Origin: Fimbriimonadales bacterium
Lineage (GTDB): Bacteria; Armatimonadota; Fimbriimonadia; Fimbriimonadales; JABRVX01
DNA length: 64,000 bases
Reading direction: 5' to 3'
Assembly: GCA_045862955.1 (NCBI GenBank)
Contig: BTVI01000004.1
Span: 43,770 to 107,769 of the forward strand
Below are positions 31,541 through 41,042 of this stretch, piece by piece; the stretch's first letter is position 1; each line of letters starts with the position of its first letter. The notes below the pieces were generated by a model, which did not search any database, was not told where the DNA came from, and was given only the letters and a program-made list of their open reading frames with translations. Position numbers and translations under genes: made by a program.

Positions 31541-31755
31541 GTTGTGTGAAGTGTAGATTCGCTAGGGAACGAAAGTCCCGACAACGGGCCGAAAAGCTCA
31601 GCGGGGCGAGTGCCGTTCGTCCTACGAATTAGAAGAATTGCTGCCTTCACCGAATGCCGGCGCTCCCGATGGCAGGGATTGCGTAGTCGGGTGCGAGCCG
31701 TAGCAGGGTTCCTTTTTGCGAGCGTGCATCGGTTGCGCGTGAGGAGGTTAGGAAA

Positions 31756-32838
31756 GTGCCAATAGACGACACGCTGGACCAAGTGCGGGAGGCACTTCGG
31801 TCGCAGCTACCCCAAGACTTCGGTCGTCGGGATGCAGTCGTCGAGTTCCTTGTTGTGGATCCCGACGACGACAGCCCCGAGGACGCGACGGACGACGAGC
31901 TTGCGCTGATCGAGGAGGCTGAAGAGGAGCCGGACCCGATCACCCAAGGCAAGCTCGATGCCCGCGCTGCCGCCAAGCTGAAGCTGCAAGGCGGCTCCGA
32001 CGACACCGAAGAGCTCGAGATGTGGATGCGGCAGACCCGCCGCGCACAGTTGCTTACGCCGGAACAGGAGGTGGACCTGGCGCGGCGCGTCCAGCAGAAC
32101 GAGCAATGGGCTAAGAACATGCTGATCGAGTCCAACCTGAGGCTCGTGGTCAGCATCGCGAAGAAGTACAACGCCAGGGGCATCCCGCTGGCGGACCTGA
32201 TCCAGGAGGGCAACCTGGGCCTGATCCGTGCGGTGGAAAAGTTCGACTGGCGGAAGGGCTTCCGCTTCAGTACGTACGCGACCTGGTGGATCCGACGCGC
32301 GATCGCTCGCGCGATCATCAACCAAGGGCGGACCATTCGCATCCCGGTATACGTAGCGGAGCTCATCAACAAGGTGGTGAAGACTGCCAATCGGCTGCAG
32401 CAGGAGCTACACCGCGAGCCGACGGAGGAGGAGATCTCTCGTGAAGTGGGGCTCTCGACCGAGCGTGTACGTGAGATGCTGCGCGTGGCCATCGAGCCCT
32501 TGAGCCTCGAGACGCCCGTGGGTGAGAAGGACAACTCCTCGCTGGGAGACTTCATCCAATCGACGAACATGCCCACACCGACGGACGTGACGCAGAAGCT
32601 GATTCGGCGCGAAGAGATTGACGCCGTGCTGAAGCGACTTACGCCGCGGGAGCGCGACGTCGTTCGGCTGCGATTCGGGCTCGACGACGGCCGATCGCGG
32701 ACGCTGGAGGAGGTCGGGGTGGCGCTCAAGGTCACTCGCGAACGCGTGCGGCAGATCGAGCTTCGGGCGATGAAGAAGCTGCGGAGCCTGGGTCAGGAGT
32801 ACGCCCACATCGCGGCCCTTCTGGTGAGCAACAACTAA
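31756..32838 (+). CDS. RNA polymerase sigma70 factor, RpoD/SigA-like (group 1 or 2)
   Basis: [48 protein letters not shown]. Confidence 0.93.
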   Translation: MPIDDTLDQVREALRSQLPQDFGRRDAVVEFLVVDPDDDSPEDATDDELALIEEAEEEPDPITQGKLDARAAAKLKLQGGSDDTEELEMWMRQTRRAQLLTPEQEVDLARRVQQNEQWAKNMLIESNLRLVVSIAKKYNARGIPLADLIQEGNLGLIRAVEKFDWRKGFRFSTYATWWIRRAIARAIINQGRTIRIPVYVAELINKVVKTANRLQQELHREPTEEEISREVGLSTERVREMLRVAIEPLSLETPVGEKDNSSLGDFIQSTNMPTPTDVTQKLIRREEIDAVLKRLTPRERDVVRLRFGLDDGRSRTLEEVGVALKVTRERVRQIELRAMKKLRSLGQEYAHIAALLVSNN

Positions 32839-32862
32839 CGGGCCGGAGGACGTCTGTTCTCA

Positions 32863-32890
32863 GGGCCGGTGGCTTTCCAGCCACCGGCCC
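32863..32890. terminator. Hairpin between convergent sigma and mnmG genes
   Basis: gggccggtggct-ttcc-agccaccggccc perfect 12-bp stem. Confidence 0.65.
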
Positions 32891-32899
32891 ATATCTTTG

Positions 32900-34768
32900 C
32901 TAAGGCCCGCCGCTGGCTCTCAACACGATCAGCAGGGCGGCGATGTCGGTGGGGCGGACACCGGGCACGCGGGATGCTTGGCCGATGCTGCGGGGACGGA
33001 TGCGGCTCAGTTTGTCTCGGCATTCCAGAGAGAGTGCCGGGTGTCCGTGATAGTCGAAGTCCTCTGGGATCGGCAGCGCTTCGAGCTCTCGCTGGCGCGC
33101 AGCCTGCCTATCCTGAATCTCTAGATACCCTTCGTACTTGGCCTGCAGCTGCACCTGTTCGGCAACCGCTGGCGACACACCGTTCGTCCTCTTTGCGAGT
33201 GCCGCCGCCTTGTGGAAGTCCATCTCCGGGCGCTTCAGTAGTTCATATACGCTGGTCCGGTCGGACACGGGGGTCGTTCCGAGCATCAGCAGCCTGTCGG
33301 AGTCCTTGCTCGTCACATAGGTTTCGCGCAAAGCGCTGGCCTCGCGCTCAATCGCTTCCCTCTTCTCGCAGAAGATCCGCCATCTGCTGTCATCTACCAG
33401 CCCGATCTCTCGGCCGAGGGGTGTTAGCCGCATGTCCGCATTGTCATGGCGTAGGCGCAATCGGTACTCGGAGCGCACTGTTAGCATCCGGTACGGGTCC
33501 TCCACTCCCTTCGTCACCAGATCATCCACTAACGCGCCGATGAAGCTGTCGGTTCGGGAGAATACCACGGCAGGCTCGCCGCGCGAGTACCTTGCTGCGT
33601 TGATGCCCGCCACGATTCCCTGTGCCGCCGCCTCCTCATACCCCGAGGTGCCGTTCACCTGACCGGCGAGGAACAACCCCTCACACAGCTTGCTCATCAG
33701 CGTGGGATGGAGCTGCGTGGGATCCGCCATGTCGTACTCCACTGCGTACCCCGGGCGTAACATGTCGACCTGCTCCAAGCCGGGCAGCGTGCGCAGAAAC
33801 GCTAACTGTACGTCGGCTGGCAGGCTGGTGGACATACCTTGCACGTAGAGCGAGGGCGAGTCCCACTCTTCTTGCTCCAGGAAAACGGGGTGCGATGACT
33901 TGTTAGGAAAGCGAACCAGCTTGTCCTCGATGCTGGGGCAGTAGCGGGGTCCCACCCCCTCGATCCTACCACCGTACATCGCACTGCGCTCTAGGTTCTG
34001 CAGTATCACCTCGTGTGTCGCGGCGTTCGTTTGCAACGTCCAGCAGGGGAGCATGGAGCGGGCGGGCCGAGGCCGTTCGTGGAGGAAGCTGAATGCCGGA
34101 CACGAGTCGTCCGCGGGCAGCACGCCCAGGCGCGAGAAGTCCACGGTACGTGCGTCCACCCGAGGCGTGGTACCTGTTTTGAACCGCCGCATCCGGACGC
34201 CCAGTTCGAGTAGAGATTGCGAGACACTCGTCGAGGGTGGGTCACCGAATCTGGCAGCAGGTCGTGCCTCCTCGCCTATGTGGCACAATCCGTTGAGGAA
34301 CGTGCCAGTTGTTAGTACGACGGCCCGTGCGCGGATTTCGAGGTCAGCATCGAACCGCACTCCTACTATCTTGCTATGATGAGTGATTAGGGACGAGACG
34401 GTGCCACGTATCAGGTGCAGGTTCGGCTCGCTCCGCAGAGCCTCGAGCATCTTCAGCGGGTAGAGCCGCTTGCAGGCGTGGGCGCGGAGGGTTCGGACGG
34501 AGGGCCCCTTCCCTTCTCCGCAGAATCGAATGTGCGTAAGCGCATGGTCCGTCGTGATGCCCATCTGGCCGCCCAGGGCGTCCACCTCGCGCACCAAGTG
34601 CCCTTTTGCCGGTCCGCCGATGCTGCAGTTGCAGGGCATGTGTGCAGTGCGCTCGGGAGAGATGGTCACGCACGCGGTCCGGCAGCCGAGGCGCGCAGAC
34701 GCCAACGCGGCCTCGCACCCCGCGTGACCACTCCCAACGACGATGACATCGAACTCCCCGCTCGGCAT
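32900..34768 (-). CDS. mnmG: tRNA uridine-5-carboxymethylaminomethyl modification enzyme
   Basis: [45 protein letters not shown]. Confidence 0.97.
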   Translation of the reverse strand: MPSGEFDVIVVGSGHAGCEAALASARLGCRTACVTISPERTAHMPCNCSIGGPAKGHLVREVDALGGQMGITTDHALTHIRFCGEGKGPSVRTLRAHACKRLYPLKMLEALRSEPNLHLIRGTVSSLITHHSKIVGVRFDADLEIRARAVVLTTGTFLNGLCHIGEEARPAARFGDPPSTSVSQSLLELGVRMRRFKTGTTPRVDARTVDFSRLGVLPADDSCPAFSFLHERPRPARSMLPCWTLQTNAATHEVILQNLERSAMYGGRIEGVGPRYCPSIEDKLVRFPNKSSHPVFLEQEEWDSPSLYVQGMSTSLPADVQLAFLRTLPGLEQVDMLRPGYAVEYDMADPTQLHPTLMSKLCEGLFLAGQVNGTSGYEEAAAQGIVAGINAARYSRGEPAVVFSRTDSFIGALVDDLVTKGVEDPYRMLTVRSEYRLRLRHDNADMRLTPLGREIGLVDDSRWRIFCEKREAIEREASALRETYVTSKDSDRLLMLGTTPVSDRTSVYELLKRPEMDFHKAAALAKRTNGVSPAVAEQVQLQAKYEGYLEIQDRQAARQRELEALPIPEDFDYHGHPALSLECRDKLSRIRPRSIGQASRVPGVRPTDIAALLIVLRASGGP

Positions 34769-35346
34769 GCGTCGGATTCTACCGCCGGCCCCCCGAGTCA
34801 ATGGAGCATCCATAAGGCGATCCGTCTGGTGTGGAGGTGTCAGCCAGACCCTGAGATTGGCGTGAGGCCGACGGATGCGACGCCGGCGGCCCCATCACAC
34901 GCCTCGCACGCGGTGTTGCTCGACGAGGTAGCAGAGCCGTGATAGAACACTCGGGAGAGCCGCACCTCCCTACCCGGTGCGGATGTGTGCGGTCTCTCAG
35001 GAAGGAGCGAATGCCATGTTTGGTTGCCCGGATGTTCGCAGCTATTCGAGCTGTCGGCTAGCGGCCAGCCTCGATGGATACCGCCCAACTATTCCAGGAA
35101 TACGGACATTGAGGCTTACTATCACTGGCCCATCTGGTGTGAGCCGGTAGTGGCCGATAGCAGCACGGTCTTCCTGAGCACGTTTCGCATTAGCACCGGC
35201 GGCAACCAACTGCACGCGGTGACAGAAGAGGAGATTCCGCCGCAATCAGGCAACCGGTACCCCGTATCCAGGTGGTATCACCCCGATCATCTCGTGCAGC
35301 GGTGCGTAAGAAGCGTGCATACGGCTCTGAGTGAAGCTCCGCAGGC

Positions 35347-35678
35347 CCGTCATGCTGAGCTCGTCGAAGCATGACACCCCAGAACCGTCATGCTGAGCCT
35401 GTCGAAGCATGACACCCCAGAACCGTCATGCTGAGCCTGTCGAAGCATGACACCCCGAACCGTCATGCTGAGCTCGTCGAAGCATGACACCCCAGAACCG
35501 TCATGCTGAGCCTGTCGAAGCATGACACCCCAGACCCGTCATGCTGAGCCTGTCGAAGCATGACACCCCAGAACCGTCATGCTGAGCCTGTCGAAGCATG
35601 ACGCCCCAGACCCGTCATGCTGAGCCTGTCGAACCATGACACCCCAGACCCGTCATGCTGAGCTCGTCGAAGCATGAC
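35347..35678. repeat. Tandem array of nine 37-38-bp REP hairpin units
   Basis: ccgtcatgctgagc(ct/tc)gtcgaagcatgacaccccagaa x9; stem gtcatgct/agcatgac. Confidence 0.92.
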
Positions 35679-35729
35679 GTCGCACATCGGACGCCAACGG
35701 CTTCCGAGGCCACGCTTGCGGCTCCCGTT

Positions 35730-36115
35730 GTCATGCTTCGACAAGCTCAGCATGACGGGCTTCGCGAAGCCCCGATGGCGCGGGTAGTCACAGCGTCGCT
35801 GGATACATCGGCAGGGTCTGACCTCTCACCTCCGCTGCCGCACCCGCATGCTTCGACAGGCTCAGCATGACGGGTCAAGAAACCTTCTCAGTCCATGACA
35901 TGACCCTGCCAGCAGGCCACCGCATGCTTCGACAGGCTCAGCATGACGGTGGCGCTGGTTGTCGAGGTATGAAGTACATGCTTCGACGGCCTCAACACCA
36001 CGGGTTTCGCGCACCTCTGATGGCGCGGGTAGTCACGGCGTCGTTGGATACATCGGCAGGGTCTGACCTCTCACCTCCGCTGCCGCACCCGCATGCTTCG
36101 ACAGGCTCAGCATGC
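35730..36115. repeat. Inverted-orientation REP copies and a ~110-bp direct duplication
   Basis: catgcttcgacaggctcagcatg-like copies near 35730, 35845, 35922, 35977, 36091; 35761-35869 resembles 36006-36114. Confidence 0.8.
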
Positions 36116-36201
36116 CGGGTCTTCGTACTCGTGCTACTCCTTCGTGCTCCCGTTGTTCGTACTCCGGTTCTTGGTACCCCCTGTTACTCTCGTTTGTCAG
36201 T

Positions 36202-36888
36202 CTACTCCCTCCGCGGGTCGAAGAGGTCTGTCTTGCCATCTCCGCTCCAGACCTGCGAGAAGCGGTACCACTTGGCATGTCCATCCACGAAGGTGTAGTT
36301 CGTGCCACCGGTATGCCATGTCATCGCTAGCTCTTTCTCCGGTTCGATGTAGGTGCCGCTGTCGTTCGGCCAGTACCACCAGGCGGGGTGTACGTGGTCG
36401 GAGGTTCCGTTCTCCTTCGTCTCCACGATGTAGATGGTTCCGGCAGGCATGCGGACGGAGCGCAGGGTGCTATGGCCACAGACGGTCGGCAGCTCGTCGC
36501 AGAACTGCAGGGGTAGCATCCAGAAGTTCGTGCCGTACGAGGTCTTGCGTGTCAACAGGAAGCCTTCGAGCGGCTTGAGCCAGTTGGTACTGGGGTCGCT
36601 GGGGCAGCGATACAGAAGGCGCTTGGATTTCACGTAAGGCTCCAAGCTTGCTACCCACACCCAAGAGGCATTGGCTCCGGTGTGGCTGTCTAGCGGGAAC
36701 CGATCGTTCCAGTCGTTGGCATACATCCCGACGGCTAGGCCCATCTGACGCATGTTGCTAGAGCAGGTAGTCTTGTTGGCCTGCTGACGCACGCGTGTGA
36801 AGACCGGAAACAGAATCGCAGCCAGAATGGCGATGATAGCAATCACCACCAGGAGCTCGATCAGTGTGAATCCCTTCTTGCCCAACAT
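36202..36888 (-). CDS. Prepilin-type N-terminal cleavage/methylation protein, DUF1559 with H-X9-DG
   Basis: KKGFTLIELLVVIAIIAILAAILFP, CSSNMRQ, YRCPSD, HTGGTNYTFVDGH. Confidence 0.92.
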   Translation of the reverse strand: MLGKKGFTLIELLVVIAIIAILAAILFPVFTRVRQQANKTTCSSNMRQMGLAVGMYANDWNDRFPLDSHTGANASWVWVASLEPYVKSKRLLYRCPSDPSTNWLKPLEGFLLTRKTSYGTNFWMLPLQFCDELPTVCGHSTLRSVRMPAGTIYIVETKENGTSDHVHPAWWYWPNDSGTYIEPEKELAMTWHTGGTNYTFVDGHAKWYRFSQVWSGDGKTDLFDPRRE

Positions 36889-36975
36889 TATGTCTTCCCC
36901 CATGCTGGTCGTATCGGCAAGTCCGCAGGACGTCTCGGCCCTGCAGGTTGCCAGGTCCGTGCGCAGAGCCGCAGC

Positions 36976-37563
36976 TTACGCCTTGGCCCGACGCCTCGAC
37001 GCAAGGAAGCCGACACCCGCCACAAGGGCTAGCCAAGTTGCGGGCTCGGGTACGAACTGAAGCTCGTACGTGATCAGCGAGTCGTTCAGCGGACGTCCGT
37101 CATCGAACGCCACGCCATTCACCAGGCCGAATCGAAGGTAGCGGAAGCTACTGTCCGGCGCGGTGAAGGTAACATGGGAATGCCCATTATCGGGCGCAGA
37201 GAGGGAGAGGAGTCCCGGGGTCCCAAGCCCGAAGATCGGGTCCACCTCTCCCTCGATCACTCCGAAGAGACCGGGCGACACGTCCGTCTGGAGGAAGCTG
37301 ACGTGGCGGAGCATCGGTTCCTCGCCCTCGCGGTGCAAGACGAAGCCCACGTCGGCAATAAAGACGCCGGGCACGACCTCTTCCCACATGACCTGCAGAA
37401 CATAGGGCGGATCGACGATCTCTTCCGGCTCGATCAGCACGAGGTAGTCCTGGTCGTCATAGCCGGGAACGAGGTCTTCGTCATGGTGATGCTGTGCCCA
37501 GCCGATGCTACCGAGGGCGATAGCGCTGGCGAGCGTGCTAGCAAGAAGCTTGTTCACGTTCAT
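36976..37563 (-). CDS. His-rich PEP-CTERM protein, putative metal binding
   Basis: Signal peptide then QHHHDED; GHSHVTF; C-terminal VPEPATW, TM, RRRAKA. Confidence 0.85.
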   Translation of the reverse strand: MNVNKLLASTLASAIALGSIGWAQHHHDEDLVPGYDDQDYLVLIEPEEIVDPPYVLQVMWEEVVPGVFIADVGFVLHREGEEPMLRHVSFLQTDVSPGLFGVIEGEVDPIFGLGTPGLLSLSAPDNGHSHVTFTAPDSSFRYLRFGLVNGVAFDDGRPLNDSLITYELQFVPEPATWLALVAGVGFLASRRRAKA

Positions 37564-37585
37564 CTCCCTTTTCTTAGTGTTTGCG

Positions 37586-38536
37586 TTAGAGGCCTTGGCC
37601 AGAGCGACCGAAGTTCAGCAGCACTGTGTTCAGGTCGTCCAGAGCAACCGTCCCATCTCCGTTCACATCTCCCGCATCGTTCGATGTGCCGAAGTTAACC
37701 AGCACTCGGTTTAGGTCTCCCAGGCCAATGGAGTCGTCCCCATCCAAGTCTCCGACGTATGGAAAAGCCCAATCCAGATGGGTGTCCTCGATGAGCGTTA
37801 CACCGTTGAGGCGCACGGAGAGGTGCTTGCTCAACTTAGCCACCACATCGAAAGTCCCTGACTGCGTAAAGCCCACCATATATGGGTACACGGCAATCCC
37901 CGAGCAGACAGGCAGTTCCTGCGATGCCATGGTGCTGCCACCGGACCGAAGCTCGAGGCGAAGCGTCAACTTCCCGAGGTCTCCGACGTACTGCGGGGCC
38001 GGGCTAACGCTACCGCGAATCTTGTTCGGGGTCCCCGCTACCATGTAGTAGCGGTAGACGTTAGGCATGTCGTTCAGCGGATTCCCGAGGTAGTCCACTG
38101 CGTTTACCACCTTGATGTCCCAAACGTAGACGGCCGCAACGTCGGGAGCGGTGAACTTCAGGTGGTGGTGAGGCGTGCCTGCGTACGGCAGGTCGAAGAA
38201 GTTGTCGCACCCGCCCGCGCAGAAGATGTTGCCTACACCAGTCTTGCTGCCGATAAGGTTCGGTGAGATGTATGTCCCTAGGACGCGACACTCTTGGAGC
38301 ATCGGCTGCGACCATCCGTCGGGCGTGAAGAAGTCGAGGCCTACGTCCGCAAGGTAAAGGCCCGGTGGGTGCGACATCTGTCGAATCGGCTGCACGGCGG
38401 GCTGCATCACCTTGGCGGTGCCGGCCTGATAGCCGAAGAGAGCGTCGAGATCGTGTTGTGCGGGGACGAGCGCTACTAGGAGCATGAATCCCCCGCAAGC
38501 CAATAGCTTGCTCGCTTTGCGTTGCAATGAGTTCAT
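37586..38536 (-). CDS. Secreted protein: paralogous His-motif N-terminal domain plus dockerin/EF-hand-like C-terminus
   Basis: QHDLD, HHHLKFTAPD; duplicated GDLDGDDSIGLGDL / GDVNGDGTVALDDL. Confidence 0.8.
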   Translation of the reverse strand: MNSLQRKASKLLACGGFMLLVALVPAQHDLDALFGYQAGTAKVMQPAVQPIRQMSHPPGLYLADVGLDFFTPDGWSQPMLQECRVLGTYISPNLIGSKTGVGNIFCAGGCDNFFDLPYAGTPHHHLKFTAPDVAAVYVWDIKVVNAVDYLGNPLNDMPNVYRYYMVAGTPNKIRGSVSPAPQYVGDLGKLTLRLELRSGGSTMASQELPVCSGIAVYPYMVGFTQSGTFDVVAKLSKHLSVRLNGVTLIEDTHLDWAFPYVGDLDGDDSIGLGDLNRVLVNFGTSNDAGDVNGDGTVALDDLNTVLLNFGRSGQGL

Positions 38537-38662
38537 TGGTTTCCTCCCATTTGTCCAAGCAGGAAGTCGCGAAGTCGCTCTCTCTTAGCGATGCTGCTAG
38601 AGCATGCATCGGGTGCAGACACTCACGGATCGCGTGAGCCTAGCGACGGAGAGTTAGTTGGA

Positions 38663-39073
38663 CTAGAGGACGGGCGGGCCGCGAGTGAGGTGGGTAGTTG
38701 CGCGCGTCGAGGTGACGCGAGCAGTCGTCAGCGCCGCAACGGAGGGCGGGGCGTCAGTTAGTTGAAGGGTGACTGGCTCTATCCCCAAGCCCGACGCCGA
38801 AACGAGAGCTTTGCAGTGGTCGCACTGCGCGGCATCGTGGCAGGGAGCCGAATCGGACGCGGTATCGGACAGGACGGTCTGAGCAAGGTCCCCCGCTACC
38901 AGGCAGTCCCCAGGAACAGAGAACCCGGCTATGAGGTGGAAGACGTGCGACCAGGCGCCAAGCAGCAGAATCGCGGCCAGAACCAAGGTCCCGACCCGCC
39001 GCTTTCCGTATGTGAGCAGTGGCTTCAGGCCATCCATCTTGGCGTTCGGCTGGCGTCCTTCCGACGACCGCAT
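38663..39073 (-). CDS. DUF2946-like leader protein with CxxC and C-terminal RGPP motif
   Basis: TM helix, HxxH, CHDAAQCDHC, ends LTRGPPVL. Confidence 0.7.
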   Translation of the reverse strand: MRSSEGRQPNAKMDGLKPLLTYGKRRVGTLVLAAILLLGAWSHVFHLIAGFSVPGDCLVAGDLAQTVLSDTASDSAPCHDAAQCDHCKALVSASGLGIEPVTLQLTDAPPSVAALTTARVTSTRATTHLTRGPPVL

Positions 39074-39079
39074 GACATC

Positions 39080-39108
39080 AGTCTATCATACAGCAGTACC
39101 AATGTCAA
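39080..39108 (-). promoter_or_regulatory. Sigma70-type promoter, likely giving leaderless mRNA for the DUF2946-like gene
   Basis: Minus strand TTGACA-17 nt-TAGACT with TG; ATG 7 nt downstream. Confidence 0.6.
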
Positions 39109-39156
39109 CGTTTTCGGGGATTGTGCCCTTAGCGCCGTGAACGCTTGGCCGCTAGC

Positions 39157-39366
39157 CTAGGCCGTCGCCGGACTCGGCTGCGCATCGTCCCGCAGCATCT
39201 GCTCCAGCTCGTCCGCCTTAGACGTGCAGAAGTCCAGCATGCGGTCGAGCCGCTTCCCAGGATCCAGCTTGCGTCGGCTGCGAACGATGAAGAACGTTGC
39301 GGTGCTTATCCCGACGAGCGCCGCGATGAGGAAGACGATGTTCGATCGGTTGTTCTCGGATGCCAT
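39157..39366 (-). CDS. Small single-TM hypothetical protein
   Basis: Hydrophobic helix, basic patch, GGAG RBS. Confidence 0.6.
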   Translation of the reverse strand: MASENNRSNIVFLIAALVGISTATFFIVRSRRKLDPGKRLDRMLDFCTSKADELEQMLRDDAQPSPATA

Positions 39367-39392
39367 CAACTCCACCGAATGTCTGAGCGGCT

Positions 39393-39797
39393 CTAGTCGA
39401 GGTCGTACCTCTTGGGTCCCCCGCTAGCGTCGCCGCCGATGATGCGTTTCACGAACGTGACCAGTTCCATCGGGTTGAACGGCTTCGTCAGGTACATGTC
39501 CGCACCGTAGTGGTAGCCCTCGAACACGTCCTTGTCCTGCGCCTTCGCCGTGAGCATGATCACCGGGAGCTCCTGGAACTCAGGCTCGCGACGCAAGGTC
39601 TTCAGGACCTCGAAACCGTCCATATACGGCATCATGACGTCCAGCACGACGAGGTCCGGATGGACCGACTTGATCTTCTCCAGACCTTCCTTGCCGTCGT
39701 ATGCGGTGACGACCTCCCACCCTTGGCGCTCCAGATTCACCTGGATGAGACGCACAATGTGCCGCTCATCGTCACAAACCAGAATCTTTAGCGCCAT
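39393..39797 (-). CDS. Stand-alone response regulator receiver protein
   Basis: ILVCDDE, DVMMPYMDG, MLTAK, YLTKPF; no output domain. Confidence 0.92.
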   Translation of the reverse strand: MALKILVCDDERHIVRLIQVNLERQGWEVVTAYDGKEGLEKIKSVHPDLVVLDVMMPYMDGFEVLKTLRREPEFQELPVIMLTAKAQDKDVFEGYHYGADMYLTKPFNPMELVTFVKRIIGGDASGGPKRYDLD

Positions 39798-39949
39798 ACG
39801 GACGACCTCCGAGGGGGATACACGATGCCCGAATCCTACCCGTAGGGCTCAGACGCTGTCAACGAAGCCCAGGTTCCCGCGAACCGGCTCAGGTCACGCG
39901 CCGAACCGCCCGTAGTATTGTCGGGTCTATCGGGCCCCTCATGAAGGCA

Positions 39950-41032
39950 TCACCAGCACTCGGCGAGCGAGGCCGCGAGCTTGGAGACGGCTTCGGCAGC
40001 GTCATGCGCCTGCCTAGTTTCCAGTGGATCGGCGGCGAGCAAGTCCCGGAGAGGTTCCCAACCAGAACCGAGCAGGCCGCAAACTGCGTAGGACCGCACG
40101 CCCGCTCGATTGGCTCGGCCCAACACCTCGCCGACGATCTTGCCTTGCAGCGTTTGTCCGTCTAGCTTCCCTTCTCCCGTGACGAGCACGTCACACTCGG
40201 CGAGCCTCTCGTCGAACCGGAGCCGGTCCAGCACGAGACGCGACCCCGCCACTAGCTTGGCACCGGCGAATGCAGCCAGCCCGAACGCCAGACCGCCGGC
40301 AGCACCGGCCTTCGGCGTATCCGGCGGGAAGGTGGTCAGCGAAGCCAGACGTGACAGCCCAGCTTCCAGTGCCGCACGTTGCACCTGGGTGCGCACACCT
40401 TTCTGTGGCCCGTACACGGCAGTGCAGCCGTTGGGGCCGAGCAGAGGGTTCTCCACGTCACAGGCACAGAAGATTTCCGGCCAGTCCGCACGCTGCGGCG
40501 GCAGTACCCGAGCAAGCCGCTGCAAAGGACCGCCGCCGGGTTCGAGCTCGGCACCCGAGTCGTTGAGAAGCCGGAATCCGAGCCCCTGTAGGGCCCCTGC
40601 TCCGCCGTCGTTGGTTGCCGAACCCCCGAGGCCGACCAGCGCCCTCGCGGCACCGGCTGCCCTGGCTTGGTGCAGCAGCTCTCCGACGCCACGAGAGGTG
40701 GCCCGCATGGGGTCCAGCGCGTCCGGGGTCAGCAGCGTGATCCCGCAGCAAAGGGCACTCTCGATGATGGCGGTGCCGTCGCCGTGAAGGGCGAAGGGGG
40801 CGGGGATCTGTTCACCGAGAGGCCCGGTCACATCCCGCCAGTGCACAGTAGCCCCCGGCGATAGGCACTCGAGGAACCCGTCGCCCCCATCGGCAACCGG
40901 CAGAACCGTGATCTCGACCTCGGGCCGAGCGAGGTGGATGCCAGAAGCCATGGCCTCGGCCGCCTGACGAGCGGAGAGAGTGCCCTTAAACGCGGTGGGG
41001 GCTACGAGGATTCGCAAGGCCTGCGGAGGCAA
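39950..41032 (-). CDS. glxK: Glycerate kinase (GarK/GlxK family)
   Basis: AFKGTLSA, PVADGGDG, GLGGSATNDGG, GAAGG, TGEGKLDGQT. Confidence 0.9.
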   Translation of the reverse strand: MPPQALRILVAPTAFKGTLSARQAAEAMASGIHLARPEVEITVLPVADGGDGFLECLSPGATVHWRDVTGPLGEQIPAPFALHGDGTAIIESALCCGITLLTPDALDPMRATSRGVGELLHQARAAGAARALVGLGGSATNDGGAGALQGLGFRLLNDSGAELEPGGGPLQRLARVLPPQRADWPEIFCACDVENPLLGPNGCTAVYGPQKGVRTQVQRAALEAGLSRLASLTTFPPDTPKAGAAGGLAFGLAAFAGAKLVAGSRLVLDRLRFDERLAECDVLVTGEGKLDGQTLQGKIVGEVLGRANRAGVRSYAVCGLLGSGWEPLRDLLAADPLETRQAHDAAEAVSKLAASLAECW

Positions 41033-41042
41033 CGTGCAGGGC

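Noticed and set aside
31647..32735. 362-aa antisense ORF, and many similar long shadow ORFs (e.g. 28616-29530, 14404-15603)
   Set aside because: Antisense shadows of well-conserved genes in high-GC DNA
34985..35374. 129-aa hypothetical ORF
   Set aside because: No recognisable motif or clear RBS, and it ends inside the REP array; possibly a remnant but unsupported
35347..35678. CRISPR array
   Set aside because: Linkers are only 10-11 nt and almost identical; the repeat also occurs dispersed in both orientations; no cas genes in the window
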